From contig SKQC01000102.1 in assembly GCA_007119175.1 (NCBI GenBank), forward strand, positions 1-54,767: a DNA stretch of 54,767 bases, given 5' to 3'. Positions 9,618 to 19,409 of this stretch are shown here, piece after piece. A program made the translations under genes and the position numbers. Source of the DNA: Myxococcales bacterium. GTDB lineage: Bacteria > Myxococcota_A > Bradymonadia > Bradymonadales > Bradymonadaceae. Position 1 is the stretch's first letter, and every line of letters begins with the position of its first letter. The notes beneath the pieces are model-generated. The model ran no database searches. It saw only the letters and a program-made list of their open reading frames with translations, and was not told the origin of the DNA.

Positions 9618-10067
9618 ATGACTAAAAAAGTGAAATTTGCGGCGATAGCAATGGCCACCATCGGACTGTTATGGGTGGGCTGCACCGCGCCCACCGCAGA
9701 GGTCAGAAGTGCTGATCTGCGAAGTCTCACCCTGCAACAATTGGACGTGGGATTGACGCTGGATTTGAAAAACCCCAATGAATTTTCGATTCCCGTCGAG
9801 GCCATCGACTGGGGATTGTCATTATTTGACACATCCGTCGCCGACGGTCGGGCGCAGCCCGATGCCGAAATCGCCGCCAATAGCAGTACCGATGTGGACG
9901 TACCGATTTCGCTTCGTCTCTCGGATCTGTCACAGACCGCCAGCCGCGTCGCGAGTTCCTCGCTGATCCCCTGGGCAATCGGTGGCACCTGCCATTTTGA
10001 CATTCCCACAGGAAGCGTCGCCGTCGACTTTAGCCGAGACGGCGAATGGGACAATCCATTGCGCTGA
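9618..10067 (+). CDS. LEA14/WHy (LEA_2) domain lipoprotein
   Basis: Signal peptide with lipobox LLWVGC. The pattern LTLDLKNPNEFSIPVEAIDWGLSLFDTSVADG...VDVPISL is typical of LEA_2/WHy domains. Confidence 0.65.
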   Translation: MTKKVKFAAIAMATIGLLWVGCTAPTAEVRSADLRSLTLQQLDVGLTLDLKNPNEFSIPVEAIDWGLSLFDTSVADGRAQPDAEIAANSSTDVDVPISLRLSDLSQTASRVASSSLIPWAIGGTCHFDIPTGSVAVDFSRDGEWDNPLR

Positions 10068-10087
10068 CGATGGGGATCGTCGAGATA

Positions 10088-11824
10088 TTAAAACGTGCGC
10101 TCCAGCGCTTCGCGAAGTTCTTCGGAGTCGTCCTCTTCATCTTCGCTTTCATCGGTCGGATGGTCGTGCAGAAATTCAAAATCGGGCTCCAATTCGCCAT
10201 CCATCTCGTCGGGCTGCATTGCCTGCACCACGCCATGAGCCTCGAAGACCACCATCAGGGCGCGACTGGCACCGACGGCGACCACATTTCCCCCGTCGGC
10301 GGGCACCGAACTCGTCCCCACCTCTTCCCCGGCCTGCATCGGCAAGTCCGGTGAGACCACCAGATCCGTACCGACCCCCGTCGAATCATCGGGGTCGGAA
10401 AATAGTGCCCACATTAGCCCGCCAAAGACAAGAACAATGCCCAGCCCGCCGATCAGGGCCGCCGGAGGAATTCGCCCGCCCAGATCGAGCGCGGCTCGCG
10501 CCCATGGTTCCTCCATCTCGGGAGCGTCCTCATCGCCGGCCATCTGCCTGGTTTGCTTCCGTTCCCCACGCGATTTCGTCAGTAGATCCGACGGCGGAGC
10601 CGCCAGGGTTTCCATCTCCGTGATATCCCGTTTCGACGTATCGGTACCGTCATCTCCCGCCATCGACTTCGAACTCTGGACTTTCTCGTCCCCGGTCTCT
10701 CCGACGACGGTCGACGCCAGATTGTTGATCGGCGATTCCAACTCCCCGGTGATATCCGGCGCTTCGTTTATCCATCGCTGCAAACCGATGGGATCGATCT
10801 CCTGGGCGGGCACGGAGTCGAGCAATTCGTCGTCGAAACACTCCTCACAGATCCGACTCAGCGTCGTCGCCACTTCTTCCATCGACTCCGGTCTTTTCTC
10901 CGGCGCTTTCGCCAGCATGCGCACCAGAAAGTCATCCAACTCCTCGGGCACGCTTTCCAGCCCCGGAATCGACGACAGCGGACGTACCGGCTCATTGATA
11001 TGCTTGACCGCATAGCCCATCTGCGTCGACGCATGAAACGGCAGATTTCCACTGATCAATTCATAGAGCATAATGCCGATGCCGTAGATATCTGCCGCGG
11101 CGCCGACGGGATTACCCTGCGCCTGCTCCGGACTCATATAGGCCGGCGTCCCCCACAGTGTTCCCGACTTCGTCATCGTCTCTTCGCGCTTGTGCTTGGC
11201 GATGCCGAAATCCAGCAATTTCGGAAATTCCTCGTTTCCGTCGACCTCCAGAAGATAGATATTCTCCGGTTTAAGATCGCGGTGAATCACATCCCGCAGA
11301 TGAGCCTCGCCGAGCACACCGCATACAGGCGTGATAATATCGAAGACTTCCCGATAACTGACGAATCGATAGGCCAGACGGTCGGCCAAACTCTCTCCGG
11401 ATAACAACTCCATGACCATATATACATGGCCCTCAGAGGTTTGACCGAAGTCAAAAAGCCGTACTGCATGGGGATGTTTGAGATTCGATATCACCCGCGC
11501 TTCGTACATAAAGCGTTTTCGAATCCCGTCGTCGCGGGCGAAATCGAGTTTCAATAATTTCAGCGCCACTTCCGTCTCAAAATCCAGGCGCTGAGCACTG
11601 TAAACGGTGCCCATTCCCCCTTCGCCGAGTTTTTTCAATATCTGAAACCGGCCATCGAAGACGGTTCCCAGCAACGGGTCTTCCTGATCTTCAAACCCGG
11701 TCTCAATAAGACGAGCCCCGTCGTCGGGACAGACATCCATGGCCGTTTTAAATGTTCGACCACACTGCCAGCAGGTCTTGTCCTTTTTTTCACCCGCCTC
11801 TGCTTGTGGATTGGAATCGGCCAC
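10088..11824 (-). CDS. Hanks-type Ser/Thr protein kinase with N-terminal zinc ribbon, C-terminal TM segment and acidic tail
   Basis: CWQCG...CPDDG zinc ribbon. Kinase motifs GEGGMGTVY, VALK, HRDLKPENI, DFGIA and GTPAYMSPE. TM segment ALIGGLGIVLVFGGLMWALF. The tail is DE-rich. Confidence 0.9.
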   Translation of the reverse strand: MADSNPQAEAGEKKDKTCWQCGRTFKTAMDVCPDDGARLIETGFEDQEDPLLGTVFDGRFQILKKLGEGGMGTVYSAQRLDFETEVALKLLKLDFARDDGIRKRFMYEARVISNLKHPHAVRLFDFGQTSEGHVYMVMELLSGESLADRLAYRFVSYREVFDIITPVCGVLGEAHLRDVIHRDLKPENIYLLEVDGNEEFPKLLDFGIAKHKREETMTKSGTLWGTPAYMSPEQAQGNPVGAAADIYGIGIMLYELISGNLPFHASTQMGYAVKHINEPVRPLSSIPGLESVPEELDDFLVRMLAKAPEKRPESMEEVATTLSRICEECFDDELLDSVPAQEIDPIGLQRWINEAPDITGELESPINNLASTVVGETGDEKVQSSKSMAGDDGTDTSKRDITEMETLAAPPSDLLTKSRGERKQTRQMAGDEDAPEMEEPWARAALDLGGRIPPAALIGGLGIVLVFGGLMWALFSDPDDSTGVGTDLVVSPDLPMQAGEEVGTSSVPADGGNVVAVGASRALMVVFEAHGVVQAMQPDEMDGELEPDFEFLHDHPTDESEDEEDDSEELREALERTF

Positions 11825-12181
11825 GCCGTCGTCATACTCCGGTTGAGGAGCTTGTCTTGTTTAATTATGACTGAACACGTCCCCATTGTCCGCCACTATC
11901 CCCTGATCGCATGTCCGCGCGATCAACACCAGCTATTATCGAAAATCTTCACTTTAGTGCTCCCTCATCGAGCCAAGTCGCGAATCTCCGACAGGAAACA
12001 ATCGACGAGCAAACAAACTTAACATTCACCAGCTCCGCCGTCATCCGCGACCACGGGCCGACAATATCAGCGGGCCCACAAACTCTGAATTGGCATTCGG
12101 TCGGGCCCGGTTGTCACATACCTGAAGGCACACTACATTGTGCTACTCTAATCGACCCGACCCGGTTCGAGTCACCTAGCG

Positions 12182-13249
12182 ATGAATTTTTGTAGCCGCA
12201 TCTACAACCCTACGCGTTCGTTCTGGCTACTTATCTGGGCCGTCATTTCCCTGGGCTATTTGCTGTGCATACCGTCGATTCTCAATGCGAGCGAGCCCCT
12301 TGCCGATGAAGCCACCGGCGATGAATGCCCTACGTATATTGCGCCAGACGACCGAGATAATCCGCAGACTCTGACCCTCCACGGTGTGGCCTGTTTTGAG
12401 GCCGGGCAATATGATTGGGCGCTGACTTATTATACCCGGGCATTTGCCTTAAGTGGTGATCAATTTCTCTTCGGCGGAATTGGCCGCTCCCTTCATGAAC
12501 TCGGCCTCTACGCCCCGGCCATGAACGCCTATCACAAATTTCTCGACGGCGACGAAGTCCCCTCCGGTGCAGACCGGATTCGCAGCCGGGTTGCGCAACT
12601 CGAAGAAACAATTCAGGCCGAAGGAAGCGAGTTATCGCTGCACAGCGCTCCCTCCGATACCACGGTCTACGTCGTCCTCGGCAACGGTGAGCTATACGCG
12701 ATTGGTTCGACACCGATGCAAATCGAACTTCGCGAGGGTGAATACGAATTTGTCTTCGACGACGAGCACTATCACCCGCGAGTGGTCAACGTCACAGCCA
12801 GCCCGGACGAGTCGAGCGAGGTCGACGGACGACTCGTCTCCGAATCATCGGGGCTCAGTGTCTCGGAGCACCGCCGGCGCCGCGCCGGTGTATGGACGGC
12901 AACCACCGGGCTCGGAATCGGCGCCGCCGGAGGGGCTCTTCTGGTGATGTCGGCCCACAATAATTCGACGGCCCGCTCCCTCGAAGAGGACGACTTTTCC
13001 GATCTGAGCGACTACGACGAGCGACGGCGAAGCCATCTCGACAGCGCCCACACTCAGCGCACCTGGGGGACCATCACCACCGCTGCAGGGGCCACCGTAT
13101 TGCTGACCGGCATGCTGCTATATTTCTCCGGCTCTCCCTCCGGCCCGGCCGCCGATGACGACAATTCGCCGTATTCCAAAGACGCACAACGACTGCAACT
13201 CGAGCCCACCGTGGGGCTCAACAATCTCGGCTTTCGACTCCGTTTTTAA
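12182..13249 (+). CDS. secreted TPR + PEGA domain protein with C-terminal double-TM module
   Basis: Signal peptide, then TPR-like AGQYDWALTYYTRAF...LYAPAMNAYHKFL. PEGA-like SLHSAPSDTTVYVV...IELREGEYEFVFDDEHYHP. Two hydrophobic helices follow, and the terminus is VGLNNLGFRLRF. Divergent from the kinase gene. Confidence 0.7.
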   Translation: MNFCSRIYNPTRSFWLLIWAVISLGYLLCIPSILNASEPLADEATGDECPTYIAPDDRDNPQTLTLHGVACFEAGQYDWALTYYTRAFALSGDQFLFGGIGRSLHELGLYAPAMNAYHKFLDGDEVPSGADRIRSRVAQLEETIQAEGSELSLHSAPSDTTVYVVLGNGELYAIGSTPMQIELREGEYEFVFDDEHYHPRVVNVTASPDESSEVDGRLVSESSGLSVSEHRRRRAGVWTATTGLGIGAAGGALLVMSAHNNSTARSLEEDDFSDLSDYDERRRSHLDSAHTQRTWGTITTAAGATVLLTGMLLYFSGSPSGPAADDDNSPYSKDAQRLQLEPTVGLNNLGFRLRF

Positions 13250-14786
13250 GCTCTCCCCAGCCACCACCGCCGGGAGTTTCAATGACCAGCCGGTCGCCGG
13301 CTTCGACGTCGACGACCTGCTTTGCTGCCAGATTTTCGTCTACTCCGTCGGCGCGAATAACCCGGTTTACACCGGGTTTCCCGGCATCACCCCCGGCCAA
13401 TCCGTAGGGCCCCACGGCGCGGCGCTCCGTCATCACGGTAATTGTGGCCGGAGTGTCGAAAAAATAGCTGCGAATCACGCCGTCACCGCCGCGATAACGG
13501 CCGCTCCCCCCTGAACCCCGGCGCAATCCGTAGCGCTCGACGCGAAACGGATAGGCGTGCTCTAAAGCCTCCACCGGTGTGTTGAGCGTATTCGTCATAT
13601 GGGTATGGACTGCCGAAGCCCCGTCGAATCCAGGTCCGGCACCGCTGCCGCCGGCGATGGTCTCGTAATAGGCGTAGGGCTGTCCTCCCCGGCGAACGTC
13701 ATCGCCGCCGATGGTCAGATTATTCATGGTTCCACAGGATGCAGCGGGAATCCGCTCCGGCAACGCCTGGGCAAGCGCCCCGAAGACCACGTCCGTAATT
13801 CGCTGGCTGGTCTCCACATTTCCAATCGCCACCGGCGCCGGAGCTTCGGCGTCGACGACGGTACCCTTGTCGGTCAAAACCTCGATGCAGCGCATATACC
13901 CACCATTCGACGGCAGTTGACGATCGGCGAGACAGCGAAAGGCGTAGAGCGTCGCCGACACCGTCACCGCCCGGGGTACATTGACCGGCCCGGTGACCTG
14001 AGGAGCGCTATCTGAGAAATCGACGACAGCCCTTCCGCCCTCGATAGTGATATCGGCGTGAATGGCGATGGACTCCGTGCCAAATCCATCATCTTCCAAT
14101 TGATCTTCGAAACTCCACGATCCATCGGGCATCTCCTCCAAGGTCGACGCCATAAATCGCTCACTGTGGTCCTGAAGAGCGGTCGCGGCGCTGAGCAAAG
14201 TATCTCCACGGCGTCGAAGCTCCTCGCTGAGCCGGTCGATGCCCCGTCGGTTGGCCGCAATCTGGGCCATCAGGTCTCCGCGCCGCTCCTCGGGCGTGCG
14301 GCTGGCATCGAGGATCTGCTCCTCTATCTCGGAATCCCACCTCCTGGGCGAAATGCGGATCCCCTCCTCATCGATCGACTTCGACAGGGGGAGACTGCCC
14401 GGCGTCTTTCCCCCGACGTCGGCGTGGTGAGCCCGGTTGGCCACATAAAAGATGGGCTTACCCTCGCCGTCACATACCGGCGATACGAAGGTAATATCCG
14501 GCAGATGAGTCCCTCCGGCGTAGGGGTCGTTTAAGACCACATGATCGCCGGAGCTCATCTCAACGGCCTGGCGAGCAGCAGCGACGCTCATGGGCGTTGA
14601 GCCCAGATGAACCGGGATATGAGCCGCCTGGGCCACCATCTCTGCTGAGGCATCAAAGATGGCACAGGAGAAGTCGCGGCGCTCTTTGATATTTGGCGAA
14701 AACGACGAGCGCATCAAAACCACTCCCATCTCCTCGGCAATCGAGGCGAAGAGATGGCGAAAGACCTCCAATTCAATGGGATTCAT
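13218..14786 (-). CDS. hydantoinase B/oxoprolinase family protein (HyuB-like subunit)
   Basis: Starts MNPIELEVFRHLFASIAEEMG and shows typical HyuB family-wide similarity. The ATG at 14786 overlaps the hyuA stop (ATGA). The track ORF starts 18 codons upstream. Confidence 0.85.
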   Translation of the reverse strand: MNPIELEVFRHLFASIAEEMGVVLMRSSFSPNIKERRDFSCAIFDASAEMVAQAAHIPVHLGSTPMSVAAARQAVEMSSGDHVVLNDPYAGGTHLPDITFVSPVCDGEGKPIFYVANRAHHADVGGKTPGSLPLSKSIDEEGIRISPRRWDSEIEEQILDASRTPEERRGDLMAQIAANRRGIDRLSEELRRRGDTLLSAATALQDHSERFMASTLEEMPDGSWSFEDQLEDDGFGTESIAIHADITIEGGRAVVDFSDSAPQVTGPVNVPRAVTVSATLYAFRCLADRQLPSNGGYMRCIEVLTDKGTVVDAEAPAPVAIGNVETSQRITDVVFGALAQALPERIPAASCGTMNNLTIGGDDVRRGGQPYAYYETIAGGSGAGPGFDGASAVHTHMTNTLNTPVEALEHAYPFRVERYGLRRGSGGSGRYRGGDGVIRSYFFDTPATITVMTERRAVGPYGLAGGDAGKPGVNRVIRADGVDENLAAKQVVDVEAGDRLVIETPGGGGWGELKNGVESRDC

Positions 14787-16816
14787 GACGTCCCCTGATT
14801 TTGAATCAAAAGATGGCCACTTTCGACGGTCGCGCTCCACCCGTCGAGGACAATTGATGTCCCGCTATACTCAGTGATCACCGCCGGCCCGGGTACCTCA
14901 GCGCCCTCGCTAAGAGCAGCTCGAGCGATGACTTCCACCGGTGTCGGTCCGGCGCCGAGGTCTATCGTCATCATCTCACCCTCGATTTCGCCATCAGACA
15001 CGTGTTCGGTCGCTTTCGCGCCAGACCAACCGGCCCCACTGCGCCGCGCCTCAAGGCGCAGGTCGACTAACTCGATGGGACGTCCCTCGGCAATATATCC
15101 GTAGAGGCGATCGTGTTCGCGCTCGAAGGCCGGGCTCGGATCTGTCCAGGCCGTCTTGTCGGCGCCCCAGTCCACATCGACGGAGATGGCATAACTCTGT
15201 CCCTGGTAACGAAGCGACACCGTCCAGTTAAGCTCCGGTTCAGGCTCTCCCATCTCTCGGCAGGCCCGCTCCTCGGCTGGCCTCATCACCTCGCGCACCT
15301 CCTGCTGACCCGGACTATCGAGACACTCCCGGACAGGCCGCAGCACAGTACGCGAGTACAACCGCCGTGGATCTGAGCGAAGCATCCCCACCGCCGACAA
15401 CAGACCGGGAAAGCTCGGCACGACCACCGTCGACATCTCGAGCGCCTGCGCCAGGCGACAGGCGTGCAATCCTCCTGCTCCGCCGAAGGCCACCAACGCA
15501 TAGCCCCGAGGATCATGACCGCGCTCCAACGATATCACTTTGATCGCCCGCGCCATCGCCGCATCGGCCACATCCAGAATACCACGGGCCGTCTCCGGTC
15601 GACTCGTCCCCAATTTCTCGCCTAATTTATCGACGGCTGCCCCGGCGGCCTCAACGTCGAGTTTCATCCGGCCGCCCAGGAATTGCTCCGGTCGAAGACT
15701 CCCTAAGACCACGTGGGCGTCGGTCACCGTCGGCTGCGATCCTCCGCGCCCATAGGCCGCCGGCCCCGGATCAGCGCCGGCGCTTCGCGGCCCCACCCGA
15801 AGCGCCCCACCGGCGTCGACATACGCTATCGAGCCCCCGCCGGCCCCAACAGTATAAATGTCGATGACCGGCACCTGCAGCGGCATCCCACCGATCTGCC
15901 CCTCATCGGTCAACGTCGCTTCCCCGTCAGCAAGACTGACATCGGTCGACGTGCCGCCCATATCGAAGGAAATGACCTGTTCGACACTCAGGCTCTTCGC
16001 CGTCTCCACCGCCCCCACAACACCTCCGGCCGGCCCGGACAATACGGTGTGGACCGGCAGACGAGCAGCGTGACCGGCATCGGCCCTGCCTCCGTGTGAC
16101 TGCAAGACCTCGAGGCGATCGACGTCCTTTAGCCTCTCCCCAAGTCGCTGAAGATAACGCCCCATCACCGGGCCCACATAGCCATTGACCGTCGTCGTCG
16201 ACGCCCGTTCATACTCCCGAAACGTGGCCGTCACCTCGGTTGAAGCAGTGACATGCCAGTCTCTGCCACTGGACCGAAACGCCGCCGCGAGCCGCTCCTC
16301 GTGTTCTCGGTTGGCATACGAGTGCAACAGGCAGATCACGACGGCGTCGGGATCCACAGCCGCCACTTCACCCACCACCTGCTCGACGGCTTCATCGCTT
16401 AGCGCCTCAATGACCTCGCCCTCGGCATCGAGTCGCTCACGAACGCCAAAACAAACCCCTTCGTCGACCAATGCGGAGGGCAATTCGATATTTAAGGCGT
16501 ATAATTCGGGGCGGTTTTGACGCCGCATCCACAGCAAGTCTTCAAATCCCTCAGTGGTGACGAAGGCAACCTTTCCGCCCTGCCTTTCCAGCAGTGCATT
16601 CGTCGCCACCGTCGTTCCGTGGATCACCTCGCCGCCCATCGTTTCCCGTTTTTCGAAAACAGCTCGCACGCCGTCACCGATGGCCCGCGATGGATCGCCG
16701 GGGGTCGACAATAATTTGTGGACCCGCACAGATCCGTTGCTCCCCTGCATTATCACGTCCGTAAACGTCCCCCCCGTATCGACACCGATACGAATTTCTT
16801 CGTCGTCCATGCTCAT
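14783..16816 (-). CDS. hydantoinase A/oxoprolinase family protein (HyuA-like subunit)
   Basis: IGVDTGGTFTDV N-terminal ATPase motif, DMGGTSTDV second phosphate motif, 677 aa. Paired with the HyuB-like gene. Confidence 0.85.
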   Translation of the reverse strand: MSMDDEEIRIGVDTGGTFTDVIMQGSNGSVRVHKLLSTPGDPSRAIGDGVRAVFEKRETMGGEVIHGTTVATNALLERQGGKVAFVTTEGFEDLLWMRRQNRPELYALNIELPSALVDEGVCFGVRERLDAEGEVIEALSDEAVEQVVGEVAAVDPDAVVICLLHSYANREHEERLAAAFRSSGRDWHVTASTEVTATFREYERASTTTVNGYVGPVMGRYLQRLGERLKDVDRLEVLQSHGGRADAGHAARLPVHTVLSGPAGGVVGAVETAKSLSVEQVISFDMGGTSTDVSLADGEATLTDEGQIGGMPLQVPVIDIYTVGAGGGSIAYVDAGGALRVGPRSAGADPGPAAYGRGGSQPTVTDAHVVLGSLRPEQFLGGRMKLDVEAAGAAVDKLGEKLGTSRPETARGILDVADAAMARAIKVISLERGHDPRGYALVAFGGAGGLHACRLAQALEMSTVVVPSFPGLLSAVGMLRSDPRRLYSRTVLRPVRECLDSPGQQEVREVMRPAEERACREMGEPEPELNWTVSLRYQGQSYAISVDVDWGADKTAWTDPSPAFEREHDRLYGYIAEGRPIELVDLRLEARRSGAGWSGAKATEHVSDGEIEGEMMTIDLGAGPTPVEVIARAALSEGAEVPGPAVITEYSGTSIVLDGWSATVESGHLLIQNQGTS

Positions 16817-16869
16817 CGCCCCTCATCTATCGCGATTGCGGTCTAATAGCCTGTTGCGCATAACAGGCG

Positions 16870-18195
16870 TCACGGAAAGACCCCGCGCTCGACATAGACC
16901 TCGTTGATCCGCCGCAACGCCACGGCCAGTGCTGCAGATCGATTGTCGATATCGTGCTCTCGGGCAAATGCACGCATCTCGTAATAAGCCCGCTTCATCT
17001 TCATATGCAGCCGGCTGTCCACCTCCTGCAACTGCCAGGTCTCGGAGCGCTTATTTTGAATCCACTCGAAATACGAGACCACCACGCCGCCGGCGTTGGC
17101 CATAATGTCGGGAATGACGTCGATGCCCCGCTCCCTCATCACTTCTGCCCCCTCCACCGTCGTCGGCCCATTCGCCCCTTCGGCGACCACCTTGCAATCG
17201 AGCGATTGGGCTACCTCGGCATCGATCTGTAGCTCCAGCGCGGCGGGAATGCAGATATCACAACTGACGCCCCAGAACGCGCTGTCGTCGATGGCCTCTG
17301 AGCCCGGATAGCCGGCGACACCGCCGTTTTCCTCAACCCACTGCGCCAGTTTTCGCGGATAGAGCCCATCGGCGTTGTAGATCGAGCCGGTGTGGTCTTG
17401 AACGGCGGTCAAAACGGCGCCGAGGCGATTGAGAATCTGGGCGGCATTGCTGCCCACATTTCCGTACCCCTGGACGATAAACTCCGCGCCATCGAGGCGA
17501 ACGCCTCGCTCATTGGCCCACTCCTGGATGCAATATATTACGCCCTGGCCGGTGGCCTTCTCCCGTCCACGACTGCCCCCGGAGGTGATGCTCTTGCCGG
17601 TGACGATGCGGCGTTTGGCGTTTTTATCCACCGCTCCCTGCATATTCATATAGGTGTCCATCATCCACACCATGGTCTGGCTATTGGTCCCCATATCGGG
17701 TCCCGGGATATCGTAGTCCGGACCGATATTATTGCCCAGATCATGGGTAAATCGCCGCGTAATCGCCTCCTGCTCGCCCGGGGTATATTTGCGGCCGTTG
17801 ATGCGAATACCACCCTTTGCTCCGCCGAAGGGAACCTCCAGAAGAGCGCATTTATAGGTCATCAGCGCTGCCAGCGCCTTGACCTCATCGAGGGTCACGT
17901 CGTGGTGGTAGCGCATCCCCCCTTTATAGGGACCCAAAATATTATTGTGTTGGATCCGATAGCCCGTAAATAGTTCGTAACTCCCGTTGTCCATACGAAC
18001 TGGAAAATTGACGATGACCTCGTTTTTGGGCTCGCTCAATATCAGACGCACGTGGTCTTTAAGAGGCACCTGCTCCTGAGCGTCGGAGAGCTGAGCGAGA
18101 TGGGTTTTATAAAACTGCAAACCACGATCATCGACACTTGTCGTATCCTGGCTTCCCTTCCCCACAATATCTGGCGATTCCGGCTCTTTGCTCAT
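16870..18195 (-). CDS. gdhA: Glu/Leu/Phe/Val dehydrogenase family, glutamate dehydrogenase
   Basis: Catalytic Lys motif PFGGAKGGI, dinucleotide fold GYGNVG, and length of 441 aa. Confidence 0.9.
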   Translation of the reverse strand: MSKEPESPDIVGKGSQDTTSVDDRGLQFYKTHLAQLSDAQEQVPLKDHVRLILSEPKNEVIVNFPVRMDNGSYELFTGYRIQHNNILGPYKGGMRYHHDVTLDEVKALAALMTYKCALLEVPFGGAKGGIRINGRKYTPGEQEAITRRFTHDLGNNIGPDYDIPGPDMGTNSQTMVWMMDTYMNMQGAVDKNAKRRIVTGKSITSGGSRGREKATGQGVIYCIQEWANERGVRLDGAEFIVQGYGNVGSNAAQILNRLGAVLTAVQDHTGSIYNADGLYPRKLAQWVEENGGVAGYPGSEAIDDSAFWGVSCDICIPAALELQIDAEVAQSLDCKVVAEGANGPTTVEGAEVMRERGIDVIPDIMANAGGVVVSYFEWIQNKRSETWQLQEVDSRLHMKMKRAYYEMRAFAREHDIDNRSAALAVALRRINEVYVERGVFP

Positions 18196-18289
18196 CGTCG
18201 ACTCTCCCGATTACCAATCGATTTATCATCATCGAAAAATTGAATTCAAACGTGGCCAGACTCAGTGCCGCGCCCTCAACCTTTGGCCA

Positions 18290-19336
18290 TCATTCATCGG
18301 CCGTTTCCTCACTTTCCTCGGTATCTTCGTCGACCTGCTGGTCTTCCCCGTCGGCTTCCTGGTCGCCTTCCGGATCTTCGTCGTCAGCCTCGTCGGGCTC
18401 ATCGAAGAGTTCAACCGGAGGGTCGTCATCCTGAGGAGTAGACCTCGGTTCCACATCATAGGCGGGCCGAATCTCGGAGATGCTATTGATCCCCTGAACG
18501 AAGGCCTCCACGTAATAGTCGATAAAATACGTCTCTCCGGCGGCGTCACTGAGCAGGACTTCGACGCGCACCCGATGTATATCCTCCGGATACAGACCAT
18601 AGACCTCAGCGCGCTGCATTGCCTCCAGCTCTGTGACGAGCGGTTCCATCTCCTCGGCAAATTGTTCCACTGAAGCCCCTCGCCAACCGGCATTTCGCGA
18701 GACCCGAAACCGCGCGCCCTCAAAATTGCGCTGACGCAATATTCGATGGAAATTCATCGCCGCTTCACTATAGCGATCGTGTTCGATATCCCGCACCCGA
18801 TGCTCGATCTCCCACTCGTCGACATCAAGCCCGGCGCTCCCGGCTTCGGGGTCGATAGAGCTATCCTGGACGTGGACTGTCAGGGCGATCACCTCGGCAG
18901 ACCGGGGTTCGGCAAAGTCGACGGAGGCCCGCCAGCGATTTTCATCTTCCCGGTCGGTGTGGTGGATTCCGTAGACCGGAAGCGGCGGCGTGTCAGCCAA
19001 CGAAAGTTCCTCAAACTCGCTGATAAATTCCGGTTTCGTGACCCGCTGCTGTGTCGACTCGTGGAGCATCTCATAGGCGCCGTCGTAGTCGCCGCCGTGC
19101 AGCGACTGGGCAAACTCATAGGTCGCCGTGCGCATATACTCCTGCTTTTCGCCGTGTTCGATGCAGCAGGTGGCGACGCGAAAGACACCGAGTCCCATCA
19201 GCAAAGCCCCGACGAGAACGAGCACGGCACAGCCGAGTCCCGTGATCAAAAAGAGCTTCTTCCAGATGCTTCCGCCACCCTGGCCCCCTGAACCGCCATA
19301 TCCCCCTGCCTGCAGCCTGCTCTGCCCTGCGTTCAT
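18290..19336 (-). CDS. hypothetical membrane-anchored protein with poly-acidic C-terminal tail
   Basis: Gly-rich N-terminus, one TM segment (LFLITGLGCAVLVLVGALLMGLGVF), a soluble domain of about 250 aa, and a 50-aa D/E tail. No family recognised. Confidence 0.6.
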   Translation of the reverse strand: MNAGQSRLQAGGYGGSGGQGGGSIWKKLFLITGLGCAVLVLVGALLMGLGVFRVATCCIEHGEKQEYMRTATYEFAQSLHGGDYDGAYEMLHESTQQRVTKPEFISEFEELSLADTPPLPVYGIHHTDREDENRWRASVDFAEPRSAEVIALTVHVQDSSIDPEAGSAGLDVDEWEIEHRVRDIEHDRYSEAAMNFHRILRQRNFEGARFRVSRNAGWRGASVEQFAEEMEPLVTELEAMQRAEVYGLYPEDIHRVRVEVLLSDAAGETYFIDYYVEAFVQGINSISEIRPAYDVEPRSTPQDDDPPVELFDEPDEADDEDPEGDQEADGEDQQVDEDTEESEETADE

Positions 19337-19409
19337 CGGTCACCATCCCGTCTGGATTAATTCATCGACCACGAGTCGTGCTGGAATGTAGCGAGCAACT
19401 CCCATCGAT

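Noticed and set aside
12021-12111. Possible third, degenerate copy of the A/B element (cagctccgccgtcatccgcgac resembling tcagccgccaNctgcgac, plus a cgggccgac / gtcgggcccg inverted repeat)
   Set aside because: The match to the conserved block needs several indels. The agatga/gcag left block is absent and the stems are short. This is not distinguishable from chance by eye.
16850-16867. Hairpin cctgtt-gcgcat-aacagg between gdh and hyuA as a terminator
   Set aside because: It has only a 6-bp stem and no T-tract on the minus strand (it is followed by CTATTAG). It is mentioned in the gdh-hyuAB finding but not called as a feature.
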